A DNA stretch of 32,000 nt from Candidatus Minimicrobia sp. QA0096 (GTDB lineage: Bacteria > Patescibacteriota > Saccharimonadia > Saccharimonadales > Saccharimonadaceae): positions 210,001 through 242,000 of the forward strand of contig NZ_OZ017288.1 in NCBI RefSeq assembly GCF_963967315.1, given 5' to 3'. Of the stretch, positions 15,805 to 22,477 are shown piece after piece. A model generated the notes under the pieces. It ran no database searches and was not told where the DNA came from. It was given only the letters and a program-made list of their open reading frames with translations. Both the position numbers and the translations under genes were made by a program. The first letter of the stretch is position 1, and every line of letters starts with the position of its first letter.

Positions 15805-16551
15805 ATGGGAGCATTTGTAGTAATAATCTTAGTATCTATCGGGCTTTATGTGCTTGGTGGCATTAAAATTGTCAATCAATATCAGCGCGGCGTGGTTTTA
15901 ACACTTGGCCGATTCACCGGCGTTCGTGAACCAGGATTAAGAGTCGTCATTCCAGGATTGCAGACAATGATGTTGGTCGATATTCGTTCAACTCCAATTG
16001 ACGTTCCAAAACAAGAAGTCATCACCAAAGACAACGTCACGGTCGGCGTTGATGCGGTGGTTTATTTCCGAGTCATCAACGCGCCAAAAGCCGTGCTAGA
16101 AACCACGAACTATATTTACGCGACTAGCCAATTTGCCCAAGCAGCACTGCGCGACGTCACCGGAAATGTCGACATGGACGATTTGCTCGCCAAGCGCGAA
16201 GAAATTTCCCAGCAAATCAAGGAAATTGTTGATGCCGAAACTGACAAATGGGGTATCGATGTCGAGAACGTTAAGATTCAGAATATCGAGCTTCCTGGCG
16301 ATATGAAGCGTGCCATGGCCAAACAAGCCGAGGCAGAGCGCGAGCGCCGCGCCAACATCATCAACGCTGACGGTGAAAAAGCCGCAGCCGAGACATTAGC
16401 CCAGGCTGCAGAAATCCTAGCAAAAACTCAAGGCGCTATCAATCTGCGAACATTGAACACCTTAGAGCGAATCTCTACAGAGCCAAGCCAAAAGACGATG
16501 ATGCTATTCCCTATCGAACTCATCGATGCAATTCGTGGCGGTAAGAAATAA
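15805..16551 (+). CDS. SPFH/band-7 (stomatin-like) membrane protein
   Basis: An N-terminal TM helix, then IVNQYQRGVVLTLGRF...ITKDNVTVGVDAVVYFRV and a coiled AKQAEAERERRA segment. AGGAGG RBS. Confidence 0.88.
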   Translation: MGAFVVIILVSIGLYVLGGIKIVNQYQRGVVLTLGRFTGVREPGLRVVIPGLQTMMLVDIRSTPIDVPKQEVITKDNVTVGVDAVVYFRVINAPKAVLETTNYIYATSQFAQAALRDVTGNVDMDDLLAKREEISQQIKEIVDAETDKWGIDVENVKIQNIELPGDMKRAMAKQAEAERERRANIINADGEKAAAETLAQAAEILAKTQGAINLRTLNTLERISTEPSQKTMMLFPIELIDAIRGGKK

Positions 16552-16569
16552 ACCACCTATCAATAAAAT

Positions 16570-16605
16570 AAGCACTCTTGTAATTTTACAGAGTGCTTTA
16601 TAATT
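16570..16605 (+). terminator. Terminator after the SPFH gene
   Basis: AAGCACTCT (16570-16578) pairs with AGAGTGCTT (16590-16598), followed by T-rich sequence. Confidence 0.55.
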
Positions 16606-16607
16606 TC

Positions 16608-16682
16608 TGGTGCGGATGGGGAGAGTCGAACTCCCATCTCAACCTTGGGAAGGTCACATAATAGCCGCTATACGACACCCGC
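16608..16682 (-). tRNA. tRNA-Gly (anticodon CCC), encoded CCA
   Basis: Manual fold: acceptor GCGGGTG/CATCCGC (one G.U pair), anticodon loop TTCCCAA, T-arm GGGAG-TTCGACT-CTCCC; 75 nt. Confidence 0.8.
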
Positions 16683-16749
16683 GCTCGATAGAATTATAAC
16701 ACCCTTGCCAGATGGCGACAACTTTAGTACAATTAAATAGCAAGTTTGT

Positions 16750-16825
16750 GGCTCTTTAGCTCAGTTGGTAGAGCAGAGGCCTGAAGAGCCTTGTGTCCCC
16801 AGTTCAAGTCTGGGAGGAGCCACCA
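16750..16825 (+). tRNA. tRNA-Phe (anticodon GAA), encoded CCA
   Basis: Manual cloverleaf: acceptor GGCTCTT/AGGAGCC, anticodon loop CTGAAGA, T-loop TTCAAGT; 76 nt. Confidence 0.9.
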
Positions 16826-16874
16826 AATATTGCATTTCATTCACGACTTTGTTACAATAAATCGTGAACAACAT

Positions 16875-16950
16875 GCGGGTATAGCTCAGTTGTTAGAGCG
16901 CTTCCTTGCCATGGAAGAGGCCAGGAGTTAGAGTCTCCTTACCCGCACCA
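16875..16950 (+). tRNA. tRNA-Gly (anticodon GCC), encoded CCA, with atypical D-loop and T-loop nucleotides
   Basis: Acceptor GCGGGTA/TACCCGC, anticodon stem CTTCC/GGAAG, loop TTGCCAT. The D-loop is AGTTGTTA (U at position 19) and the T-loop is TTAGAGT (A at position 56). Confidence 0.8.
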
Positions 16951-16995
16951 ATTCGATATTTAGCCATCCGAATGGGTGGTTTTTTCGTATTTATA
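16948..16995 (+). repeat. Left copy of a 48-bp direct repeat bounding island 2 (includes the tRNA-Gly CCA end and its terminator)
   Basis: CCAATTcGATATTTAGCCATCCGAAtGGGTGGTTTTTTCGTATTTATA recurs at 21476-21523 with 2 mismatches. It contains the terminator CCATCC-gaat-GGGTGG plus a T6 run. Confidence 0.8.
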
Positions 16996-17016
16996 CCCGC
17001 CAATATACAACAAAAG

Positions 17017-17219
17017 TGCTATAATAAAAGAGTCCAACCAACAATATAACATTTAGGGATTACCTAATATTTTTGGTATTCAAACCAGGAAAAACGGGCA
17101 CTTGCTCGAAAGACATTTGGTTTGAATTCCGATTGTTGGTTGGACGCCTAGAGTAGGTGTCCGTTTTTTTATTACGGACAATAAATACTCACATAATAGC
17201 AACTAACTCAAAGGCGTCC
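17017..17219 (+). promoter_or_regulatory. Extended -10 promoter and a highly structured leader of about 190 nt upstream of the methyltransferase
   Basis: TGcTATAAT at 17017-17025. A perfect 14-bp outer stem (GTCCAACCAACAAT 17032-17045 with ATTGTTGGTTGGAC 17132-17145) encloses hairpin 17053-17067 and the stem ATTCAAACCA/TGGTTTGAAT (17078-17127). A further hairpin TGTCCGT/ACGGACA lies at 17158-17180. Confidence 0.55.
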
Positions 17220-18287
17220 ATGAGTATAGAATCACTAGAAACAAATGTCATAATCCAAGGTGACTGCGTTGAAATACTAAAAACCATACCAGACAAATCA
17301 GTAGATTTAATTTTTGCCGACCCACCCTATAACCTGCAGCTCAAAGGTGACCTGTGGCGACCAAATAACACAAAAGTATCTGCAGTCAGTGATGACTGGG
17401 ACAAATACGACAGTTTTGCAACTTACGACGATTTTACAACCAAATGGCTGACGGAGTGTCGGCGTGTGCTTAAAGACAATGGCACAATTTGGGTCATTGG
17501 AAGTTACCATAATATTTTCCGCGTTGGAAAAATCGTTCAAGACCTCGACTACTGGATTTTTAACGACATTCTTTGGATCAAAACAAACCCTATGCCGAAC
17601 TTCAAGGGCACACGCTTTAATAACTCGCACGAAACACTCATATGGGCGGGTAAGTCCGAAAAGTCAAAGCCGACTTTCAACTACAAAACTATGAAAACAT
17701 ATAACGAAGATAAGCAAATGCGTAGCGATTGGTTTATTCCGATATGTAGCGGACAAGAACGCGTAAAAATTAATGGCGAAAAAGCACACTCGACGCAAAA
17801 ACCACTTGCTTTACTCCGTCGAATTATCAATGCAACATCAAAGCCTGGCGATATTGTGCTTGACCCATTTCTCGGCAGTGGCACAACCGCAGTTGCCGCA
17901 AAAGAACTAGGGCGGCAATATATCGGTATTGAGCGTGACGATACCTATATTAAAGTTGCGAAGCAACGACTCGACAAAACAACACTGCTTGATGAAGCAT
18001 TGGTATCAAGCAAGTTAGAGGCAAAAGCACCGCGCGTCGCCTTTGGCTTGCTGGTTGATATCGGACTTATCAAGAGTGGAACGATACTTACAAGTAAAGA
18101 CGGTAAATACTCGGCGGCAGTTACCGTAAATGGCTCGCTAAAAAGTGGCGACATAGAGGGCTCTATTCATAAGGTCGGTGCAATTCTACAAAACCAACCG
18201 TCATGCAATGGATGGATGTTTTGGTATATGAATAATCTACCAATTGACAATATCCGTCAAAAGTATCTGGAGGAAAATCATGCTTGA
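17220..18287 (+). CDS. Beta-class N6-adenine DNA methyltransferase, CcrM/M.HinfI-like (probable GANTC specificity)
   Basis: Motif IV DLIFADPPYN precedes motif I FLGSGTTAVAAKELGRQYIGIERD. Long stretches are collinear with CcrM as I recall it (VLKDNGTIWVIGSYHNIFRVG, NPMPNFKGTRF, HETLIWA, QMRSDW, KAHSTQKP), and there is a C-terminal extension. I preferred the ATG at 17220 to the tracked GTG at 17157, which lies inside a leader hairpin. Confidence 0.85.
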   Translation: MSIESLETNVIIQGDCVEILKTIPDKSVDLIFADPPYNLQLKGDLWRPNNTKVSAVSDDWDKYDSFATYDDFTTKWLTECRRVLKDNGTIWVIGSYHNIFRVGKIVQDLDYWIFNDILWIKTNPMPNFKGTRFNNSHETLIWAGKSEKSKPTFNYKTMKTYNEDKQMRSDWFIPICSGQERVKINGEKAHSTQKPLALLRRIINATSKPGDIVLDPFLGSGTTAVAAKELGRQYIGIERDDTYIKVAKQRLDKTTLLDEALVSSKLEAKAPRVAFGLLVDIGLIKSGTILTSKDGKYSAAVTVNGSLKSGDIEGSIHKVGAILQNQPSCNGWMFWYMNNLPIDNIRQKYLEENHA

Positions 18288-19161
18288 ATATGAGATTTTC
18301 AAAAATATTTTTAATGAAAAAATATTCGCAAAGTCAAAACCTGATTTGCTCAAGAAAGTCGCCGAGTACCCCGATAGATACGTGGGGCTATTCCGCCCGA
18401 CCAAGCCAGAGGCAAAATTGCTACAAAACCTGTTGCAGTCAAATGAAATCCGTTTTGGCGACGCGTTCGAGGTGGCAATCAAGCAATACTTTATCAACGA
18501 GGGCTGGCAGCCGTTACCGCAAAAGATTACATCGAAAGAAGGTGACGCTCTCGACATAGATCAGTTGCTCGTCAAAGATGACAAAGTACTATTCATTGAG
18601 CAAAAGGTACGCGACGACCATGATTCAACCAAAAAACGTGGTCAGATTAGTAACTTTGAAAAGAAACTTGAGACACTTGTCGACATTTATGGTGATAGAG
18701 TAACGTGGGGATTTTTCTATTTCATTGACCCAAGCCTTGTCAAAAACCGAAACTTTTATCAGCCGGAGCTACAAAAACTGCAAGAATCGTGGGGTGTGCA
18801 CTTGTCAGTGTCGTACGGACAAGACATGTTTAACCAGCTCGACTTATCTCATATTTGGCCTGACATCATGAATAATCTACAAAAATGGCGTCAAGACATA
18901 CCAGACTTACCAAACGTCAATTTTGACAGTAGCCCCAAAGAATCTGCCGAAGAAATAAAAGATCTACCGCTACGCACATTCCGTAAGCTCTTTGATGATG
19001 AGCGAATTGTAAGCCAGATACTGCCCGTGTTGTTCCCGACCGGTGCAACGCTTGCGATACTTGAGCCATATTTTCGCGCACAAAACATAATGGTTACGCA
19101 TAAAATAGCTGATTCAATACTTCTATATCTGCAATCATCGCCCACCAAAATATTGTTGTAA
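18280..19161 (+). CDS. Type II restriction endonuclease (PD-(D/E)xK), partner of the CcrM-like methyltransferase
   Basis: The ATG at 18280 follows GGAGGA and overlaps the MTase stop by 8 nt. The candidate catalytic region is DALDIDQLL...VLFIEQKVRDD (D...E-x-K). Specificity is inferred from context only. Confidence 0.65.
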   Translation: MLEYEIFKNIFNEKIFAKSKPDLLKKVAEYPDRYVGLFRPTKPEAKLLQNLLQSNEIRFGDAFEVAIKQYFINEGWQPLPQKITSKEGDALDIDQLLVKDDKVLFIEQKVRDDHDSTKKRGQISNFEKKLETLVDIYGDRVTWGFFYFIDPSLVKNRNFYQPELQKLQESWGVHLSVSYGQDMFNQLDLSHIWPDIMNNLQKWRQDIPDLPNVNFDSSPKESAEEIKDLPLRTFRKLFDDERIVSQILPVLFPTGATLAILEPYFRAQNIMVTHKIADSILLYLQSSPTKILL

Positions 19162-19223
19162 ATCGCCCCACATCACGCCTGTTTAATTAAGCCGTAGTGC
19201 GACGAGTGTCCGCCAAATAGATT

Positions 19224-19511
19224 TTACTTTATCTTGATGTGCTTTGAGCCACGAAACGCTTTTTTGAGCATATTCTTCATCTCGCGCTCTGCGTAGTTCA
19301 TTACCATTGCGTCAACCTGCTCTTTGTTTGCCGTATATATAAACATCAGTGGTTCGGCGGCGTGATGACAATTCTCACAGATGATGTCCTGCAGTTCACC
19401 AGTTTTGTCATCTTTAGCAATAGGCGCAAAGAACGATATAAGGCACTGCGGACACTGGAGTCTGTGGTTGCCATCCTTATCTGGGTCTGATGTGATCGTT
19501 AAGTCAGCCAT
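19224..19511 (-). CDS. Small zinc-ribbon protein (95 aa)
   Basis: It has CPQC ... CENCHH cysteine pairs, lies 2 nt downstream of the HNH gene stop, and is apparently co-transcribed. Confidence 0.6.
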   Translation of the reverse strand: MADLTITSDPDKDGNHRLQCPQCLISFFAPIAKDDKTGELQDIICENCHHAAEPLMFIYTANKEQVDAMVMNYAEREMKNMLKKAFRGSKHIKIK

Positions 19512-19513
19512 AG

Positions 19514-19843
19514 CTAGTAGCTCCTCACTGCACAGTAGTTGAGCGAAAGACTATCACCCTTTGCGCGGTTGTTTTGCCATTGTAGCGGTTGCAAGTTAGT
19601 GATGACATCAGTACCTCCGAGCGATTTAGGTATGATATGGTCAATCTCCCAGCCACATCTACTTGTTGTATCTCCGTAACTCCCCCATTCAATGAGAGCA
19701 CCACACACGTCGGCACGAACGTATGCAGAGTTATAGCCTTGTACTATACGTGCCTTATTCCATACGTCAATTTTTTGTTGTTCTGTATATTGTTTTTTGG
19801 TTAGTACTCGCAAAAGCGGAGTGTATTGATGATTGTATGCCAT
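19514..19843 (-). CDS. Stand-alone HNH endonuclease (109 aa)
   Basis: The HNH core is GWEIDHIIPKSLGGTDVITNLQPLQWQNNRAKGD. A strong RBS (AAGGAGAAAAATC) precedes the ATG. Confidence 0.85.
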   Translation of the reverse strand: MAYNHQYTPLLRVLTKKQYTEQQKIDVWNKARIVQGYNSAYVRADVCGALIEWGSYGDTTSRCGWEIDHIIPKSLGGTDVITNLQPLQWQNNRAKGDSLSLNYCAVRSY

Positions 19844-20073
19844 GATTTTTCTCCTTTTTTATATGGCTCAACATTGTTGTTGTGCTAGAATAGGAGTGTA
19901 CGAGGGAAGCAAATCTTGCACACTGGTACTGGCGCGAGCCAGTACTTTTCCTATTCTAACGTTGTATTACGGACGGGTACCCTCCGCTTTGACGACCCGC
20001 CCACACAGCTCCACCGTTTGTGTTTTACAGGTTCGTATTCTCATTATATCACAACTGCACACTTATATGTCAA
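19844..20073 (-). promoter_or_regulatory. Promoter plus a GC-rich structured leader of about 195 nt for the HNH / zinc-ribbon operon
   Basis: On the minus strand: TTGACA (20073-20068) and TGATATAAT (-10 at 20048-20043). Stems are GGGCGGGU/ACCCGUCC (20003-19971; the G.U pair forms only on this strand), GUACUGGC-ucgc-GCCAGUAC (19945-19926), and the enclosing TAGAATAGGA/TCCTATTCTA (19958-19886). Confidence 0.55.
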
Positions 20074-20097
20074 CTATACAAACAAATAGTCGTAATA

Positions 20098-20127
20098 TTG
20101 ACATAGTTACGCGCGATGTAGTATACT
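20098..20127 (+). promoter_or_regulatory. Promoter of the XRE-Panacea/toxin operon
   Basis: TTGACA (20098-20103), 18-nt spacer, TATACT (20122-20127). The RBS AAAGGAAG lies 5 nt before the ATG at 20153. Confidence 0.6.
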
Positions 20128-20152
20128 GTACATATAAGAGAAAGGAAGCAAA

Positions 20153-20833
20153 ATGACTCTTGAAAAGAATCTACGCGAACTCCGGGCGATCTACGGACTA
20201 TCACAAGATGATGTGGCGAAAGCGATTGATGTGAGTCGCAGTAGTGTTGTAGCCACCGAAAAAGGCGAGCGTGAACTGAGTAGTGAAGAACTAGGTAAGC
20301 TTGCTGATTTTCTTGGTGTCGATATCATTGATCTTTTATCACAAGAAATCCCAAATTACGAGAAATACCGCGAAATGATAGTGGAAACGCTGCGTCGCTA
20401 TACAGAATACGCAGGCAAAAGCGCAACGAAGACGCTACTCGCAAAACTTATCTACCTTGCAGACTTTGCATGGTATTATGAGCATTTGCAGCCGATGAGT
20501 GGCATGAAGTACCGTCGCTTGCAGTATGGTCCAGTACCCGACCAGTATTTTCGTATTGTTGATGAGCTTATTGATGAAGGTAAGGTATCACTCAAGGTTG
20601 GCGATGAGGCCCAGTGGCTCAATCTCACGCGATCTGCACAAGATACTCCACCTCAGCACCTCTCGACTAGTGAACTTGACTTGATTGATAAAATTGCACA
20701 AAAATGGAAAGATTCAAATACAAAAGAAATCGTACACTTTACACACACACAACTTCCTTGGCAAATCTGTAGGCAAAACGAATATATACCCTACGAGCTA
20801 ATTACCCAGGAAGAGCCGAGCCGTGTTTACTGA
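20153..20833 (+). CDS. XRE-family HTH fused to a DUF4065 (Panacea/SocA-like) antitoxin domain
   Basis: The N-terminus LRELRAIYGLSQDDVAKAIDVSRSSVVATEKGERELSSEEL is an HTH_3-type motif. The C-terminus KLIYLADFAWYYEHLQPMSGMKYRRLQYGPVPDQY is typical of DUF4065. Confidence 0.75.
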   Translation: MTLEKNLRELRAIYGLSQDDVAKAIDVSRSSVVATEKGERELSSEELGKLADFLGVDIIDLLSQEIPNYEKYREMIVETLRRYTEYAGKSATKTLLAKLIYLADFAWYYEHLQPMSGMKYRRLQYGPVPDQYFRIVDELIDEGKVSLKVGDEAQWLNLTRSAQDTPPQHLSTSELDLIDKIAQKWKDSNTKEIVHFTHTQLPWQICRQNEYIPYELITQEEPSRVY

Positions 20834-21236
20834 TAACTACCGTGTACTATTTGAAGATTACTCCGAACGCCACTACGCCAAAGCGTTCAAAAAGAATTAT
20901 GGCAATCAATGGCTTGTAACACGCAAAGCGCTCGTAGCGCAGTTTGCACACATTGATCAGCTAGTGCTTAATGGAAGAACAAATCCTCCGATTCATCGAA
21001 CTGACGACAATAAGGAATGGATTATCAAACATGAGTTTGTCATTGCGGGACGCAAACAATCTGCAAAAGACTCTGGAAACAGAGTGATTTTATATGTAAA
21101 TCATAATGATCGCACCGTTCGTGTTTTACTGCTTTACCACAAGGGTTATCTGGGTAAATCTGCAAGTGAAACTGCTACTTGGCGAGGTATTATAAAACAA
21201 GAGTTTAAAGACTTATTGACTAGGTTTAGTCTTTAG
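20823..21236 (+). CDS. Putative toxin partner of the Panacea antitoxin (137 aa, family not recognised; possibly RelE/ParE-like fold)
   Basis: The GTG start overlaps the upstream stop by 11 nt. The segment FVIAGRKQSAKDSGNRVILYVNHNDRTVRVLLLYHKG loosely resembles addiction-module toxin cores. The assignment rests mainly on context. Confidence 0.45.
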   Translation: MFTDNYRVLFEDYSERHYAKAFKKNYGNQWLVTRKALVAQFAHIDQLVLNGRTNPPIHRTDDNKEWIIKHEFVIAGRKQSAKDSGNRVILYVNHNDRTVRVLLLYHKGYLGKSASETATWRGIIKQEFKDLLTRFSL

Positions 21237-21475
21237 GTTTTACCAATAACCTACGAGGTTAAGACACTTAAGCACGGCAGCTTTGCCACCTAAACGAAAC
21301 ACCAACACCTCTACTGTCATAACAGTAGTCGTCCCTGCCCAGAAAACACCTTTTTCAACTAAAAAATAAAAAAATCGGCAGGGAAAATTTCAAAAAGATA
21401 ATTCAAAGGATTTTTCTAGTGGGACGAGCAGACGCTTGCGCTCGAACTAGGTCCGAGCTTTGGTGTATATTGCTG

Positions 21476-21523
21476 CCAATTAGATATTTAGCCATCCGAA
21501 CGGGTGGTTTTTTCGTATTTATA
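21476..21523 (+). repeat. Right copy of the 48-bp direct repeat bounding island 2
   Basis: CCAATTaGATATTTAGCCATCCGAAcGGGTGGTTTTTTCGTATTTATA, with 2 mismatches relative to 16948-16995. Confidence 0.8.
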
Positions 21524-21632
21524 ACATTATTTATCGTCAACCTCTAACACATAAGTAAAGTATTGATAATCGTTTTGAAATTTTCTAGACTACGCCATTC
21601 AACACAGCCAGTCCTTAGATAGCTAATTACAT

Positions 21633-21662
21633 TTGACATAATACCCCCAGGGGGTATATGAT
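21633..21662 (+). promoter_or_regulatory. Promoter with an embedded CsoR-type operator palindrome
   Basis: TTGACA (21633-21638), then the 17-bp palindrome ATACCCCCAGGGGGTAT (21641-21657) overlapping the -10 TATGAT (21657-21662). GC-tract inverted repeats of this form are the known operator type for CsoR/RcnR repressors. Confidence 0.65.
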
Positions 21663-21668
21663 TATTTT

Positions 21669-21956
21669 ATGGATACAGCAGACATCAAACGACGAGCCCT
21701 GCATCGCACAAAGATCATATTAGGACAAATGCGCGGACTCGAGAAACAAATTACCGACGACACGTATTGCATGGATGTTTTAACCCAAAGTCTAGCAATA
21801 CAAAAATCATTGGCATCGCTTAATAAACTTATTCTGGAACGACATCTCCGCACGCACATTGCCGATAAAATGGCGTCCGGCGACAAAGCTCAACAAAGTA
21901 AAGCGATAGAAGAATTACTCAATCTATATGAATTAAATAATATAAGGACAAAATAA
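21669..21956 (+). CDS. CsoR/RcnR/FrmR-family metal-sensing transcriptional repressor
   Basis: The 95-aa sequence LHRTKIILGQMRGLEKQITDDTYCMDVLTQSLAIQKSL...ERHLRTHI matches the DUF156 helical-bundle pattern. The ligand positions read C...H-x3-H. Confidence 0.8.
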   Translation: MDTADIKRRALHRTKIILGQMRGLEKQITDDTYCMDVLTQSLAIQKSLASLNKLILERHLRTHIADKMASGDKAQQSKAIEELLNLYELNNIRTK

Positions 21957-22432
21957 TGAATCACGAATCTCATAATCATTGCAATACAAAAAATTCAATC
22001 AAACGTATGGCGCTATCGGCAAGTTTACACTGCCTGGCGGGATGTATGATCGGTGAGATGATCGGCGTTACCATCGGCACGCACGCTGGATTTGCGCCAC
22101 ATACTACGGTCATTCTGGCATCAGTCTTAGCTTTCATTTCCGGCTACACCGCGTCAATCATACCATTAGTACGCGCCAAATTATCGCTTATAAAATCCTT
22201 AAAGTTAGTTTTCGCCGCCGACACATTATCCATACTGTCAATGACCGTCGTAGACAACATAATTATGCTAATCATTCCGGGCGCCATGGATAAGAACTTA
22301 GCTCATCCGATTTATTGGGTTAGCCGAATAATCTGTATGCTAGCCGCGTTTGTCGTATCATATCCCGTCAATCTATATTTGCTACGTCGAGGTAAGGGTC
22401 ACGCGTTGACTCATCATTATCATCACATGTAA
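21956..22432 (+). CDS. DUF4396-family membrane protein with a His-rich C-terminus
   Basis: Start overlaps the repressor stop (TAATG). It has the LHCLAGCMIGEMIGV motif typical of DUF4396, four hydrophobic segments and the tail HALTHHYHHM. Confidence 0.7.
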   Translation: MNHESHNHCNTKNSIKRMALSASLHCLAGCMIGEMIGVTIGTHAGFAPHTTVILASVLAFISGYTASIIPLVRAKLSLIKSLKLVFAADTLSILSMTVVDNIIMLIIPGAMDKNLAHPIYWVSRIICMLAAFVVSYPVNLYLLRRGKGHALTHHYHHM

Positions 22433-22477
22433 TTCATTTGCTTTGATTTTCTCTATCATCTCGCTTATACTTAGACC

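Noticed and set aside
17157-17219. GTG at 17157 as the methyltransferase start
   Set aside because: The GTG lies inside the hairpin TGTCCGT/ACGGACA, and the extra 21 residues have no counterpart in the CcrM family. The ATG at 17220 begins MSIESLETNVIIQGDC, which aligns with the family N-terminus.
19844-20073. The HNH-associated structured RNA could be a HEARO / IscB omega-RNA (OMEGA system).
   Set aside because: The adjacent nuclease is only 109 aa and has no RuvC or bridge-helix regions. The RNA lies 5' of the gene as a leader, and I see no resemblance to the HEARO consensus. It is kept as an unknown leader instead.
19833-20156. 107-aa plus-strand ORF in the divergent intergenic region
   Set aside because: It overlaps the HNH start codon, spans the structured leader and both promoters, has no RBS, and is rich in Cys, Leu and Thr, which looks non-coding.
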